Part shown: positions 25,662 to 38,486 of the stretch, one piece after another
Numbering within the stretch: position 1 is the stretch's first letter
Layout: each line of letters opens with the position of its first letter
NCBI GenBank assembly: GCA_951406725.2
Contig: OX597815.1
Coordinates: 111,848,001-111,912,000 of the forward strand
Origin: Octopus vulgaris
Taxonomy: Eukaryota
Direction of reading: 5' to 3'
Length of the DNA stretch: 64,000 bases
Notes under the pieces: generated by a model
Databases searched by the model: none
The model's input: only the letters and a program-made list of their open reading frames with translations
What the model was told of the DNA's origin: nothing
Translations under genes and position numbers: made by a program

Positions 25662-27926
25662 CCGGGATGTCCAACCATTTTTCCTAGTGAGCCAAATTAT
25701 AAATTTAAGTATACTCACCGGGTCACAAAGTTACTTAGATATAAACTTTGAAAAAGGTCAAAATATAGAGAATAAATATTTTTAATAACAAATATTTATA
25801 CAAGATAATGTGCTATTGACAATAAAAAGGAAATTATACTTACACAAAATAAAATCAATGTGATTTTTGGCATTGCTTTCCGTTAATGATATTCCCAATA
25901 TCTCCTTCTATGATACTATTCTAAGAATGTTTGTTAAATGGCATTCAGTCAGCCTATTTTTTTCAGATGATTTTCATACGCGAAAGGAATTGTTAACAGC
26001 AGTATGTACAACTCCAAATGCACAATAGCTAAATTGGCAATTTGATCAAATTCATTAAGAGAATGCAATTCCTTGTAAAAGTCAAGAAGAGCATGCTCTC
26101 TATCATAAGTACTCCAAGATTCTCTAGTTTGAAGCTCAATAAGTTCTAGCTGGTATTTGGTTGGTTCTTCCTCATAAATGAAAGTAGAGCACTCAACAAT
26201 TTTTGTTCAGTTTCTATCTTTCTGAAGTCAGAAAATCTGGTTGTAGCATATTCTAACAAAGCTTCACATAATTTAGTGCATTATTCAAAGTTCACAGGAA
26301 ATTCTTCTTGTCTGTTAGATAAAATCTGAAAATGCACAATTTCTCCACCCTTATGAAAAGTTCTATTCGTTTAGTAAAACTTGTTATTTGCTCATACTTT
26401 GAATAACATAACTAGTCTTTTCCTTGTAAATGTAAATTAAGTTCAGCTAAGAAAGACAGATCATTCAACCATTCTTCATTTGCTAAAAGATCTACAGTTT
26501 GCGTTTTGTTTTACATGAACTGTTTTATTTTGGACAGCAATAATTGAAATCTATTCAAATTTGTCGCTTGACCTAGCCATCTTCATTTTGAGAAATAAAT
26601 AGTGTTTTCATACTCACCGCCAATTTCTATCAAGTATGCTTTCAATGCACGATGGTGCAAGTCCCGAGATCTGATAAAATTAACAATGTTCACAATATCT
26701 GTCACCAAGTCTTTCATATTTGATTTTTGAGCAGATAATTGCTTGAAATTTGAGCACATAATTGATGAATCAAGCAATGATGGTTAAGTATATCATGATT
26801 AACCATTTCTTTGAATAAATAATAAACCCATTATTTTTACCAGTTAATGCAGGAGCACCATCATTTATAATCGATTTTATTTTATTTCTATCAACATTGA
26901 ACTTTTCTAATGATAAAGTAACATGCTCAATTATGTCTCTGCCAGTTGTTGTACACTTCATATGACACAGATCCAACATTTCTTCAATCATATTAAAATT
27001 GACATTAATTCCTCTGATGAAAATAACCAATTGTGCAGTGTCATTTGCATCAGTACTTTCGTCTAATGATAAACTGTATTGAACACATTTAGGTAATTGA
27101 GTCTGCAATGTACCCACAATACTGTCAGCTAAGTCATCGATTCTTCTTCCAAATGTCTGATGCGACAAACTCTTTTCATTGAATAAGTTCGCCTTCTCGG
27201 GACAGTATTCATTAAAAGCAATTATAATACATTCATTAATTCGCCATCTCTCCATAGCTTACCCTCCTGAGACAATTTTTCAGCTATTAAGTAACTAACA
27301 TTTTTATATGTACCAGTTTCCCAACATGATTTTTGAAAATTATTGTGAACTAAGCTTCTTCAATTCATTTGTTTTCCTTTTCCTTCTTTCTCCGTTTAAT
27401 TCATTATATTGTAGCTCGTGTTTGGCAGCATAATGACGCTTAATATTGTATTATTTGCAAACAACAATTTTATCATTACATAAGAGGCAAATAATATTAT
27501 TGCATGTTTTAATTATGAAGTATTTTTCTGTCCATAGGATATTGAATTTTCTTTTTTCTACTGTTATTTTTCTCTTCTTGGTATCACATGCAATGACCAA
27601 ATAACGGGCTATTAAAATTAACAATTAAAACCATTACGTAATCATGTTGATATTAATATTCTGTAAATCAGAAACAAATAAAGAATAAATAATATCTTCC
27701 GCATAAAGCATTAGCATTGGACTTAGGCTAGAATAGAAACACTGAAGTACCACTGAAGTCACTATCATTTGACATTGTAAAGACGGTTAGGAAATAACAC
27801 AATCAATATTAACCCGACCGCAAAAGGTTTGAAACTGAAACAATGGCTGTTAATTATGCATCAACGACGTAGAGTCAGCTATAACAAGAAAATAACACAT
27901 AGTGGGCCGCGGGTAAGACAGTCCTG
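25662..27926 (-). mobile_element. hAT (Buster/Charlie/SPIN-like) transposon, near full length, degraded transposase
   Basis: YSLSLDESTDANDTAQLVIFIRG, DGAPALTGKNNG, VNFIRSR. Decayed TIRs CCGGGATGTCCAACC / CAGGACTGTCTTACC; 8-bp flanks GTTTAGGG / GTTTAGAT with central TA. Confidence 0.9.
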
Positions 27927-29427
27927 GTTTAGATGTTCACATAAGATTGCAGATAGGAGAAAAGGTCAGTTGTTCAGGAGATACGTCACTAGGTTTAATT
28001 GTTGACTTTATTAATAGGAGATTTAAACTCTATTTTGCCAATATCGAGGTTATAGTTCAGTTCAACTTTTAACCCTTTTAAATCAGAGTTTGCCAAGTTT
28101 TTTGGAGAAGTTTCGCTATCACAAAAGAACGTTAGTTGGTGAAAAGGTTAGTTGGTCAGCAGAATTATGTACTACTTGTTGGTGTAATTTATGGGATTTA
28201 ACATGTTTGTTTGGGAAGGAGGAAATATTATCAGTCAAGCACTTTGAAATAGTTACAAGAATGAACGGACGATGTCAGAAGCAATACATCTGTTAATAAA
28301 GATATATTTAATTGTTTAGGACATTTTTTGAAAGTGAGAGACTAAAAGCTAGGGAATTGCCGTTCTATTTTAGAGCAACCAACAACAAATTTGTGACCGC
28401 ACACGCATGTGTATTTTCAAGGGTTGCGCTTTCTTAGATTATAAGGAGGTGCGGCGTCTTCGTGTGTGTTCATGTATCTATGCAAATCTGGTGGTATTAA
28501 CTATTGAGAATACTAAATACGTGCGGGCGCGCGCGTGCCTGTATATGTGTGTGCTACGCAAACTTTTGATATGGTGGTAATACTACCATATGAAAAATCA
28601 GCGAATAACTGCGAATAAAATAAAGATGGAAACGTCCGATATTTTTTTTAAAATTCAATAGCAAATATCCAAGAATTTAAGAATCTGAAATCTTTGAATG
28701 TAATCCACGCTTGTAAATGAGCAAGAAATAGAAACAGAATAAAAATTAGTTATTTAGAGAAGGGCTGAGACGAAAGGCTGGAAGCAGCGAGAAATGATTT
28801 TCGATAGGTGTGGGATGGAGTCTAAGTTGCTAAATTTGGCATAGGACAAGTAATCAGTGATATGTATTAGAACGCGAAATCTGGTGTTCAGTACATCAAA
28901 CGTACCAATCAAGCAAGAGTAAGTGATACTGTATTAATATATGTGCTGGTGTGTGTGTGTTTTAAGGTATGTGTATACAGAGTATGTATATATATATATG
29001 TATATATCAAAGATTAAATGGTGGTGAGTATGTCTGTATTCTCACTTACATTTCATAGATTAGGGTCCGAAATTTTGAAAAAAATCAGCCTGTAAAATAT
29101 CTTGTACTCAGAAAGTAAGAGAAATGCAATGTAAATAGTGGTACTTAGATGCGCCATTGTATTTCACAGCGAAACGATTCAGAAAATATCTTTTTAAAAT
29201 AATGTAACTAATATACAAGTTTGCACGTGTGCACTTATATAATTATGTATCTAATATATTCATATATATAATATAACGTAACATAAATATTCCCAATTTT
29301 ACCTCCTACAATTTATTATACTATTCTTAAATTCTCATAATCACTGTTATACAAAACATCGTGAGACGAAATATAATTAGCTACCTTATTTCCTTCAGCT
29401 TAAGACCAAACACTTTACTACATGAAA

Positions 29428-29462
<35 letters not shown>

Positions 29463-30777
29463 CATAAAAAGTCAAAGGAAATACGAGAGGTGAATATATT
29501 TATTTAACCACTTGACATCGTTTGGATTATAGTATCTTACGGTCGTCTTCGCAGTGACCATCATGTAGTAATGTGTTCAATATAGAATAAATCATATCTT
29601 ATCTTTGCATTGATATGCATGTTGCACGTTATACAATACAATGATATTCACAAATCAATGCAAATTTAAAAAAGGCAGTTAATCTGGTTACGCCAACGGT
29701 TCGGCTATGTGTGTGTGGGAGTGAGTGTAATAAACATTCAAAATTGTGGCTTAAGATATTATTTCTATTTGACAGTTTACAATTCATTCACCAATGATAC
29801 GAGGACAATTGCAAACTTCGAAATAAGCGTAATATCTAAAACTAAAACATCTAAAATATCTAAAACAGTTTTCAGTGTTTGTCATTTATACTCAAGGGTG
29901 AATTTTCTTTTTATTATACGAAAAGTAGAGATGATTTTTCCATTGCAATTGTCAGAACATAAATTTGAATATACACCGGGTAGTATGCCGTTTAAAGCAC
30001 GTTGACTGTCTTCGGTTTTCTGATGTCAACAACAATATTGATATATGTGCTACTAGATTTACTTCTGGGATTCTTCGTGTCCGTCGAGTATATAACATTA
30101 CAGAGAAAGAGAAAGAATCTCGTGAATTATATTTCCTCATTCTCTCATATATTTATATATATACACACTCTTTACTGTTCTCTATTCCCTATCCTTTTCT
30201 CACTCATCCTTTCTCTAATACCATTTTCTCCCCTCTACCATCTTCTGTATGTATCTCTCTCCCTCTCCCTCCTTTACTCTCTCTCTCTCGTTGCTCACAC
30301 GTGACCATCGTCCATCTTTCTTTTCCTCATGTAATCATCTTTCTTTTCCTTCAGTGCTGTTGTAGAGACTGCACGTATCCTATCTGCCTCTCTCTTCTAT
30401 CTTTTCTCTTGCCAAAGACAATATTTCTCCAGCGTTCACTACTTTACCTCGTTTGCTTGTTTTCGTTCGGTTTCCATGTATGTCTCCACTGTCCTGTTTT
30501 TGTTCCCAAATCTGACCCTCCGCAAATCCCAAGTTTTATTTCTGCTTTTGCGGAGTAGATAGACAGCTGACAAATGATGAATGGTCGTTCTTTATGTTAT
30601 TTGTCCTGTTTTCATTTGTTTGTCTCATTATTTGTGTTCTCAACTCATTTCTTTTCGTATTTCAGGTTGTTTACAGTTTATGACACCCTATCATATATAT
30701 ACCTATGTATACCTATACACACACACATAGATATATATGTATGTATGTGTATGTATGTAAAAATATATGAGTATATA

Positions 30778-30832
<55 letters not shown>

Positions 30833-30839
30833 GAGTGTA

Positions 30840-32589
30840 TTTTTACCTTGTTAACAATTAACACGGAAAAAATAAATAGTTACCAGGGTAGCAAAAATCT
30901 CACAAGTAAAGATGTTGTAACTCCTTGTTTATAAAGGTAGAAACTTCGTGTTTACGTTGAATATTTTGAATAATATATGAATAAATAAATGGAGTTTAAC
31001 GCAGGTGTAGTCAAATATATTTACCTTCGACACGTTTCGAAAATTCCACTGATACTATTCAAAAGAATAAATGGTATAAACAATGCAATCTTCTCCTCAG
31101 GAAAGTGAAAAAAGCGAAAGACATTTTAGCAAAAAATGATGGATTTGTATAGCGATAGACAGAACGCTATTAATATTGTTTAAAAAAATGTTATATGATA
31201 TAACGTCATAAGTAGCTAACAGAAAGAGTAGGGATACCAATAGCGAATGTTAAATATAAAGGAAATTAAAGTTTAAATTATATATAATGATAGAGACTAC
31301 TTATATGCACTAAATCTATGTTTTTGCCAATGCTTACATCTGTATGCTCGCTCTATAACCGTGTTTACTAGAGTATTTTTAGAAAAAATAATGAAAAATA
31401 GCTCACAATTGCAAAGAAGACAGAATTCCTTGCCTTTGTCATATGGTATCGAAATTGAGAGAATCAACCATTCTAAATGAAATTGTTCATTGTGGTCTCT
31501 TAAATCCCAAATCAGTTTGCTGAGACAGGTACTATTGCGTTTATTTCTATTCCTAAATGTTGAGTAATGGATAGAAATTCTTTTAGATAACTCTAACGAT
31601 GTGCTTCCAATGTAAAATCGTATTTATTACGAGTACTGTCTATACACTGGTATATAGAATTTTTAATCTTAGAGTTACTTGACATAAACTTAATTCTACT
31701 GGAATTGACTTCAGATACAATAACCTTGTTATCAATATTTCTAGAGGGTTGGATGGTATTAGCTAAATTAATGTTAGTATTAGTAAATGTATTAATATTT
31801 AACAGTTTGTTATTATGCGAAGAGATAATTTGCAAGAGATTTTTTGCGTTTGAAAAACCTATCCTAACCTTATGTGAATTGATAATAGAGTAATATCTAG
31901 AATTGTTTGGAAAATTCCTAGCAATAGCATGACGAAACAGCAGTGGGAGATTAGATTTAATTTGTCTCTCGTAAGGAATTATTAACCAAATATTTTTACT
32001 AGTATTCATAGCGTAATTACTTTTGAAGATGTTATATTTAATTTTAGATCGATAATAGGAGATAAAATAAGGGTTATCTGCCTTCATTTGCTTTGTATCG
32101 GTGCGTAAGTTATGTTTGTTATCAATATTTCTTTTACGACTAGAAATCTTATCTACATTATTGAATTTACAATTAGACTGAGCAGAATCAATGTAGAAAA
32201 TTTCTTCTGTATAACCTGCTTTAATTAAGGCAGAGTTATAGAATTCAGCGTTATTATTAAAAATATCAACATTAGCAGATAATTTAGATAATCTAAATGA
32301 AATATTCTTAACTAAGTTCTTAGTAATTGCTCCAGGATGATTACTAAATTTGCTAATGTACTTAAGATTGGTCAACGGTTTACGATATGGGAAGTAAGAG
32401 TCACTGTGTAAATTAAGCGTAATATCTAAAAAGTTGGCCTTCGTCATATCGTCATCAATTCCGATACCATATGACAAAGGCATTGTTTATACCATTTATT
32501 CTTTTAAATAGTATCAGTGAAATTTTCGAAACATGTGTCGAAAGTAAAAATATTTTATTACACCTGCGTTAAACTCCATTTATGTATTC

Positions 32590-32595
<6 letters not shown>
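30840..32595 (-). mobile_element. 5'-truncated PLE: RT thumb, frameshifted GIY-YIG, 3' pLTR with HHR, inverted partial pLTR at the 5' end
   Basis: ORF 31593-32455 has FLDITLNL and YRKP..KYISKFSNHP. A second frame continues FYIGSTS...LSKLIWDL...CLLCNCE...RCKH to a stop at ~31297. 32481-32593 is an inverted copy of ~30975-31086. Confidence 0.92.
31023..31106 (-). ncRNA. Type I hammerhead ribozyme
   Basis: ACTTTC-CTGAGGA-GAAGATT...AATTTTC-GAAA-CGTG-TC-GAAGGT; 6-bp stem I, GUC site. Confidence 0.8.
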
Positions 32596-32653
<58 letters not shown>

Positions 32654-32766
32654 GTATATGTATACATATGTATATACTAGCAATATAGGATGAAGTCCCT
32701 TTCTCTACAGAAAAGGAATCCATCAGGAAGCGTGGGCAGTATATTTAAAAAAACCGTTACATCATC

Positions 32767-33133
32767 ATATAATTAAGGGCTAAAGAGGGTTATTCAAAAG
32801 CCAATACACTGATTTATCCACTTATAATCCGCTTGCTACAGGAGAATTGAAACTGAAAACGGGCAACTAACCTTTAGAAAATTTAAATTTCGTTATCTCT
32901 ATATTGAATTAATTCTTTATATATTCTTTCTTCAGTAGAGCTTTCGAAAGCTCTACTGAAGAAAGAATATATCTTTTTTATAAGATTAAGTCCGAAATTG
33001 ATTCAATATAAAGATAACGAAATTTAAATTTTCTAAAGGTTAGTTGCCCGTTTTCAGTTTCAATTCTCCTGTAGCAAGCGGATTATAAGTGGATAAATCA
33101 GTGTATTGGCTTTTGAATAACCCTCTTTAGCCC

Positions 33134-33144
<11 letters not shown>
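32767..33144. repeat. ~380-bp near-perfect palindrome centred at 32945/32946
   Basis: Perfect 54-bp core (32919-32972) plus near-identical ~145-bp outer arms. Confidence 0.95.
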
Positions 33145-33220
<76 letters not shown>

Positions 33221-35487
33221 GCAGAAGAGAAAGAAACACCACTCAAAATGGCGGTATTTGTGTTTTTAAAATATTTTTTATTCTTGAAGTTTTGTTTATT
33301 TTCACACAATATTCTATTATGTTTGTGAGCATGTGAAAATAGTAACTGTACTTTATGAGTTATTAGTTCAACTCTTAATATATTAAAATTAAGTCGTTCA
33401 ATATCTAAAGTATATCCTGAATAGAATCATAATTCTGGGAAAGCAGCAAAGTTTTACATATAAAAAACAGGAATACATAGCTTTCGCCCATCTTTGTGCG
33501 ACAAATTGAAGACCACTTAAATAAAGTTATTTATGACAATTAACTTGATTACTTACTTTTAATTAACTATATTTTTGTTTGTTTTTAGATATATTTTAGT
33601 TCATTAATATCATTAAATATTCAACCATGTATGAAATTTCTGTAATTTTTCATTCTGAATTCCCTTGATAAAAAATGTCCAAACAAGATATTCCAAATAT
33701 GTTATTGAATTCATTTACTTTCATTCAGATCTCTCATGTTTTCTTACACCGTTTTCTTTAATGACTTACAGAATATGCCTGTCCTTGTTAGGAGTGATTA
33801 TATTTATGCACAGATGATGTGTATGTATATATTCACATATTTACATATTGATACACACGCACCCGCACACACACACACACACACACACACATACAGATAT
33901 TGGTAAATGTATACATACATTTAGACATATGTTCAAACATGTAATGTTTGTACGTGCGATTGTTTCATAACGTACACGGAAAACTGGAAAGTATCATTAC
34001 ATTAATGATCACATTTTGAATTTCATAACAGAAAATGTATAATTTAATGAATTGGTTATTTCCATAAATTGACTCCTTATTTCCCGTGCGCTATTACGTT
34101 ATTAGGGATAATTAAAACACATCGATTTATAATAAACTTCAAATATACATAGATCACGAGTTAGTTAATTTATGTATTTAGTAATATTTTACTTGTCTTT
34201 TCTTTCTACAAATATTCTGTAATTGATGGCTTCGGAAATTATATATTCATATTATATTGCTGAAACTCAAATCTATCTACTTACCTTCCTATATTGAATA
34301 GTGTTTCGTGTTTTATTCTTTCCATTCTAACCCATGTTGTCTGGTTTGAATATCGGGTTATTTTTCAGATTTTACATAAAATCCATATTGGTTCCATTCC
34401 ATTGAAATGAAATAATTTGAAAGTTTTACAATATTCAGTGATATTTTATGGATATATAATATTTATAGCTGTTTTAATACTTTGGATAAACGAATTTTGA
34501 CTATATAATTCAAACCGCATGTATAATCAATTGATGATGAGAACTTAACTTTAAAATCTCCTTCAGTCACAGCAGATATTTTTGATCGCTTATCCTGTTA
34601 CAAAATTACTATAAATTGAGATAATTCTATTTTAAACTTTATAATTATATTGTAGAGTAACTACCGAGAAGCTCAGATAGTAGCTTTGATGATTTTCGAA
34701 ATAACTAAAATATATTTAATACAAAGATAATTATAAATTATGTTTGTTACATTGATGTTTCTTGACAGACTTTAACCAAGTGAAAAGAAGGAAATCATAC
34801 TTCATCTTAATTTTGAGAAAGTTAAGAGTAAAGCACCAATTTTCGCTTTATTGTTACTGATAATGAAGTGATGATACATTAGTGTAAAACATGTATAAGA
34901 ATTTTCAGCATTATCGAAAGGAGAACATTGAGATTATACTCTAGCATAGAAGAAACGCGTATATTAAATCGTCGATGGAACGATAATTCTAGGTTATAAG
35001 TTATGTAAAACACATCTATTTTACCATCCCCAGCTGCATACAGAAAATACTTAGGGTTCGATTTTGAACTATATCTATCCTTTCTATGAAACACATGTGA
35101 TGTCACAAAGTTTTCACGCTATTCTTGGATTTTGAGTACCCGTAGTGATTTCCTACTTTCCACGATTAAAACACTGGTATAATTGTTCAATGTATATTTG
35201 TCTTTAGCGTGTGCAATATTTGATTGCTCTTCTTTATTTACTTACGACATGGATTCAACTGAAGTTATAAAGGGGTATTATTTAAAAAAAACAACATGGC
35301 GAATACATTATACAAACTGCTATTTCCGGTAAATCTGGGAAGCTGTACATTTCGCTGAAAAGTCTTTCTTAAGTGTATGGTGAGCTACAACATCCAAATG
35401 TTTCACTGGTTGCTTTAAATGCTATCACTAACTTAAATATTGCAAAAACACACGCATGCAGACACATCTAAATATACATATGCATAC

Positions 35488-35878
35488 ATGGCGTGGTTGT
35501 GTTGTAAGAATCTTGCTTCCCAACCGCATAGTTCCGGGTTCAGTCCAACTGCGTGGCATTTTGGATAAATATTTTGTACTATAGCCTCGGGCGGACCAAA
35601 GCCTTGTAAGTGGATTTGATAGACGAAAACTGAAAGAAGCCCGTCGTATATATATGCATATATATCTATGCATGTGTGTCTATGTTCACCCCCACCCGTC
35701 ACCAGTTGACAACCAGTGTCGGTGTGTTGGAGTCCCTGTAAATTAGCATTTCGACAAAACAGCCCGATAGAATAAGTACCAGGCTTAAAATATAAGTAAT
35801 GGGGTCGATTCTTTCAACTAAAAACAGAAATTCAATGCGCTGCAGTCTAATGATTAAAACAGATAAAAAATAAAGGAT
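35488..35878 (+). mobile_element. tRNA-derived SINE, same family as 23696
   Basis: Colinear similarity, including GGGTTCAGTCC and GAAACTGAAAGAAGCCCGTCG-like segments. Confidence 0.85.
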
Positions 35879-36126
35879 TATATATATAAAGTCACAGATA
35901 ACAGAGAAATAGTTTGATGAAATTTTATTTAACAGGGAGAAAATTCTAATTTCACGACAAATTGCTATATAAGTGGAAAACATGTAAATAATTTATATCT
36001 TTATATTGAATAATAAGTAAGTTACTTCTATATGTTCTGTGGAACGGTACATTAAGGAGCATAATTGACGAGTACTATCGGATTTCATGTATCCATATAT
36101 TTTTACTTAAATATATATATATATAT

Positions 36127-36228
36127 CATTTACATTATTTACATTTGACAGATATTCGTCCTCACCTTGTTTGTTGTTAACGTTTCGGCTGATATGCCCT
36201 CAAATCTTCATCAGGTGTCTTGGGGAAA
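36127..36228 (-). mobile_element. Inverted partial pLTR with damaged hammerhead (51309 family)
   Basis: Minus strand reads GACAC-CTGATGA-AGATTTGAGGGCATATCAGCC-GAAA-CG-TT; it directly abuts the PLE body. Confidence 0.75.
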
Positions 36229-38065
36229 GCAAAGAGAGGTTATCTTCATTACTTAGGAAAATAACCAGAGATGATGATAGAAAGATAATCCAACAAGATC
36301 TATAAAAGTTGTACATGAAAGAATTTGCAATGGTGAAGTCACCACACATTAAGAAGTTTATGAAACTCGAAGGTCAGAGAATGAAGACTGAAGTCCGTCA
36401 CCCACTTTTGAAAGCAGTAATTAATGTAAGTAGCCGATATCTAGAAAGTTCTGAAGAAGCAGTACTAAACAAAGATCTCAACTTTGCGGCAACCATCAAG
36501 CACATTCCATACTTGGACATAATAGCTCCTATTGAAGAGATAGCCATAATGATACCAAAAGCTCAGGGAGATGAACTAAAGTGGAAAGGGAAACAGGTAC
36601 TAGAAAAAGCGAAACATCCGAAATCAAACATCACTAAGGAAGAAAGTTCGCTATCAAAAGACTACTGAGTGATAATTCCATCATAATAATTCCAGCGGAC
36701 AAGCGATATTCTATAGTGGTGATGAACAAGTATGACTACTCTGAAACATTGGCAAGTCTTATAAGTGATGGTTGCTACAGCAAAGAAAAGACAGGCCCAG
36801 CTCTGAAAACAGAGAGGAAGTTGTCACAGATCTTGATCAAGAACAAGGAACACTTTACACCAATGAAGTATCGACAACTGAATCAACACTACAGTAAACT
36901 ACCACACATATAGGCTCCCCCTAAGATTCACAAGGATGCTATTCCATTAAGACTTATAGTGAGCTATAGAGGTTCAGCATGTCATCCATTGTGCCGCTTC
37001 CATTAGCAGGAATGTCAACATCAGAGGGGAAAAAATTCTACCCACATCACAGAATTTATCATGGATACCCTCATTGAATCCAACCAGATGGTGAGTCTAG
37101 ATGAGATAAATCTGTTCACCAAAGTCCCAACCGGGGAAGCACTATCGGTGATTCAAGGAAAACTAGTGACAGACACCCATCTAAAAGAACGCACTAGTAT
37201 ACCAATAAGAAACCTGATGGAAACGTTGACCTTCTGTGTAGAAACTACAAACTGCAGCATGGAGACTGGTATATGTCGACAAGAGGAAGGTTTAGCTATG
37301 GGTTCGCCATTATCACCGATAATAGCTAATATATACATGGAATACTTTGAGAATTTGCCTTTAGGATCAACACCACAAAAACCAACCCTATGGCTGCGAT
37401 ATGTTGATGATATATTCATACTCTGGCCCCACCAGCAAGATATCTGTGTGTCGTTACATAATGTGAACTCAATAAAACCATCCATACAATGTAAAGAGAG
37501 GGATTGCTCAGTGCCTAAAACATCGAGCAAAGAATATAAGTAGCGATCGTGATACTCACCACGAAGAAATCATCAAGCTAAGTAAAAATCTAGTAAATAA
37601 CAACCACCCCAAAACATACTATCCACTCCAATTATGAAGAAAAGAGAGGATGTAACCAATAAACTGTCCACAGTCTGTCTACCCTATGTGAAAGATATGC
37701 GGCGCATATGACATCAAGACAGTATTCAGGAATAATACAACACATCGCAAATACCTCCTACGAGTAAAACCACCAATAGAAGAGAATATGACCAAGACTG
37801 CGTGTACTCCGTCCCATGCAGCTGTGGTAGGATATATAAAGGCGAAACATGCCACACCCTCAAAAATAAGGGTAGACGAATATCGCAAAGCTGTGACACG
37901 AGGAGATATTGATAAATTGGTTATAGCTAATCATGTATGGAAAAATAGAGACCACCTCAGCATGTAGGATGAAGTAGAGAATACCACTGAAAATACGAAA
38001 ACTAAAATAAGCAGCACTCATGATAGGACATAAGCACCTCCCCAAGAGACCGAGTGCAGATATGA
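36229..38065 (+). mobile_element. Degraded Penelope-like retroelement (RT + GIY-YIG)
   Basis: LNKDLNFA, PADK, PKIHK..IPLR, VSLDEINLFTKVP, GLAMGSPLSPIIANIYME, WLRYVDDIF, VYSVPCSCGRIYKGET; many stops. Confidence 0.92.
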
Positions 38066-38097
38066 GAAGTTGTCTTATTGACGAGTTTTCTTCCTTC

Positions 38098-38185
38098 AAT
38101 TCCCTGAAGGGAAGATTACATTGTTTTACACCATTTTATTCCTTTGGAATAATATCAAAGATGTCTTCGAGACATGTGCGGAAGT
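38098..38185 (+). other. Degenerate hammerhead related to the 31023 family
   Basis: CTGAAGG-GAAGAT...GTCTTC-GAGA-CATGTG-CG; core mutated. Confidence 0.45.
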
Positions 38186-38400
38186 AAAAGAAGTTGAATA
38201 ATTATGTAAAAGAATTTTTATAATTTTGAGTATAATTATAATTAGGGTTCATCAAAAATTCGCTTCACCACATACCGAAATACAGAAATATCAGTCAAAA
38301 CTAGCTATTTCTCTACCATAAGAAAATCTCCCAGGCAATAATACTCAACAACCCACGTAGGCAAAGAGAAAAAAATAACAAATTCACTCGGCTTTGTTTA

Positions 38401-38486
38401 ACTGTAGACGCGTTTCGGAGTTAGATAGATATGAAAAATGCAAAAAACCACATTTCCACTTCATCATTCTCGCTCTTCAGTACATT
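38401..38486 (-). ncRNA. Minimal type I hammerhead with canonical GAAACGCGTC
   Basis: AATGTA-CTGAAGA-G...C-GAAA-CGCG-TC-TACAGT; palindromic ACGCGT stem III and a long stem II. Confidence 0.75.

Noticed and set aside
29505-29560. Minus-strand hammerhead-like remnant
   Set aside because: Both core segments are mutated, so it cannot be told from chance.
29965-30558. 197-aa ORF
   Set aside because: CT-rich low complexity with no recognisable domain.
31297-32483. Selenocysteine read-through or programmed frameshift in the PLE
   Set aside because: The break is a frameshift ending at TAG rather than an in-frame TGA; I see no SECIS or clear slippery site, so decay is more likely.
33244-33254. Third CAAAATGGCGG motif as a promoter
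   Set aside because: Isolated short match with no supporting context.
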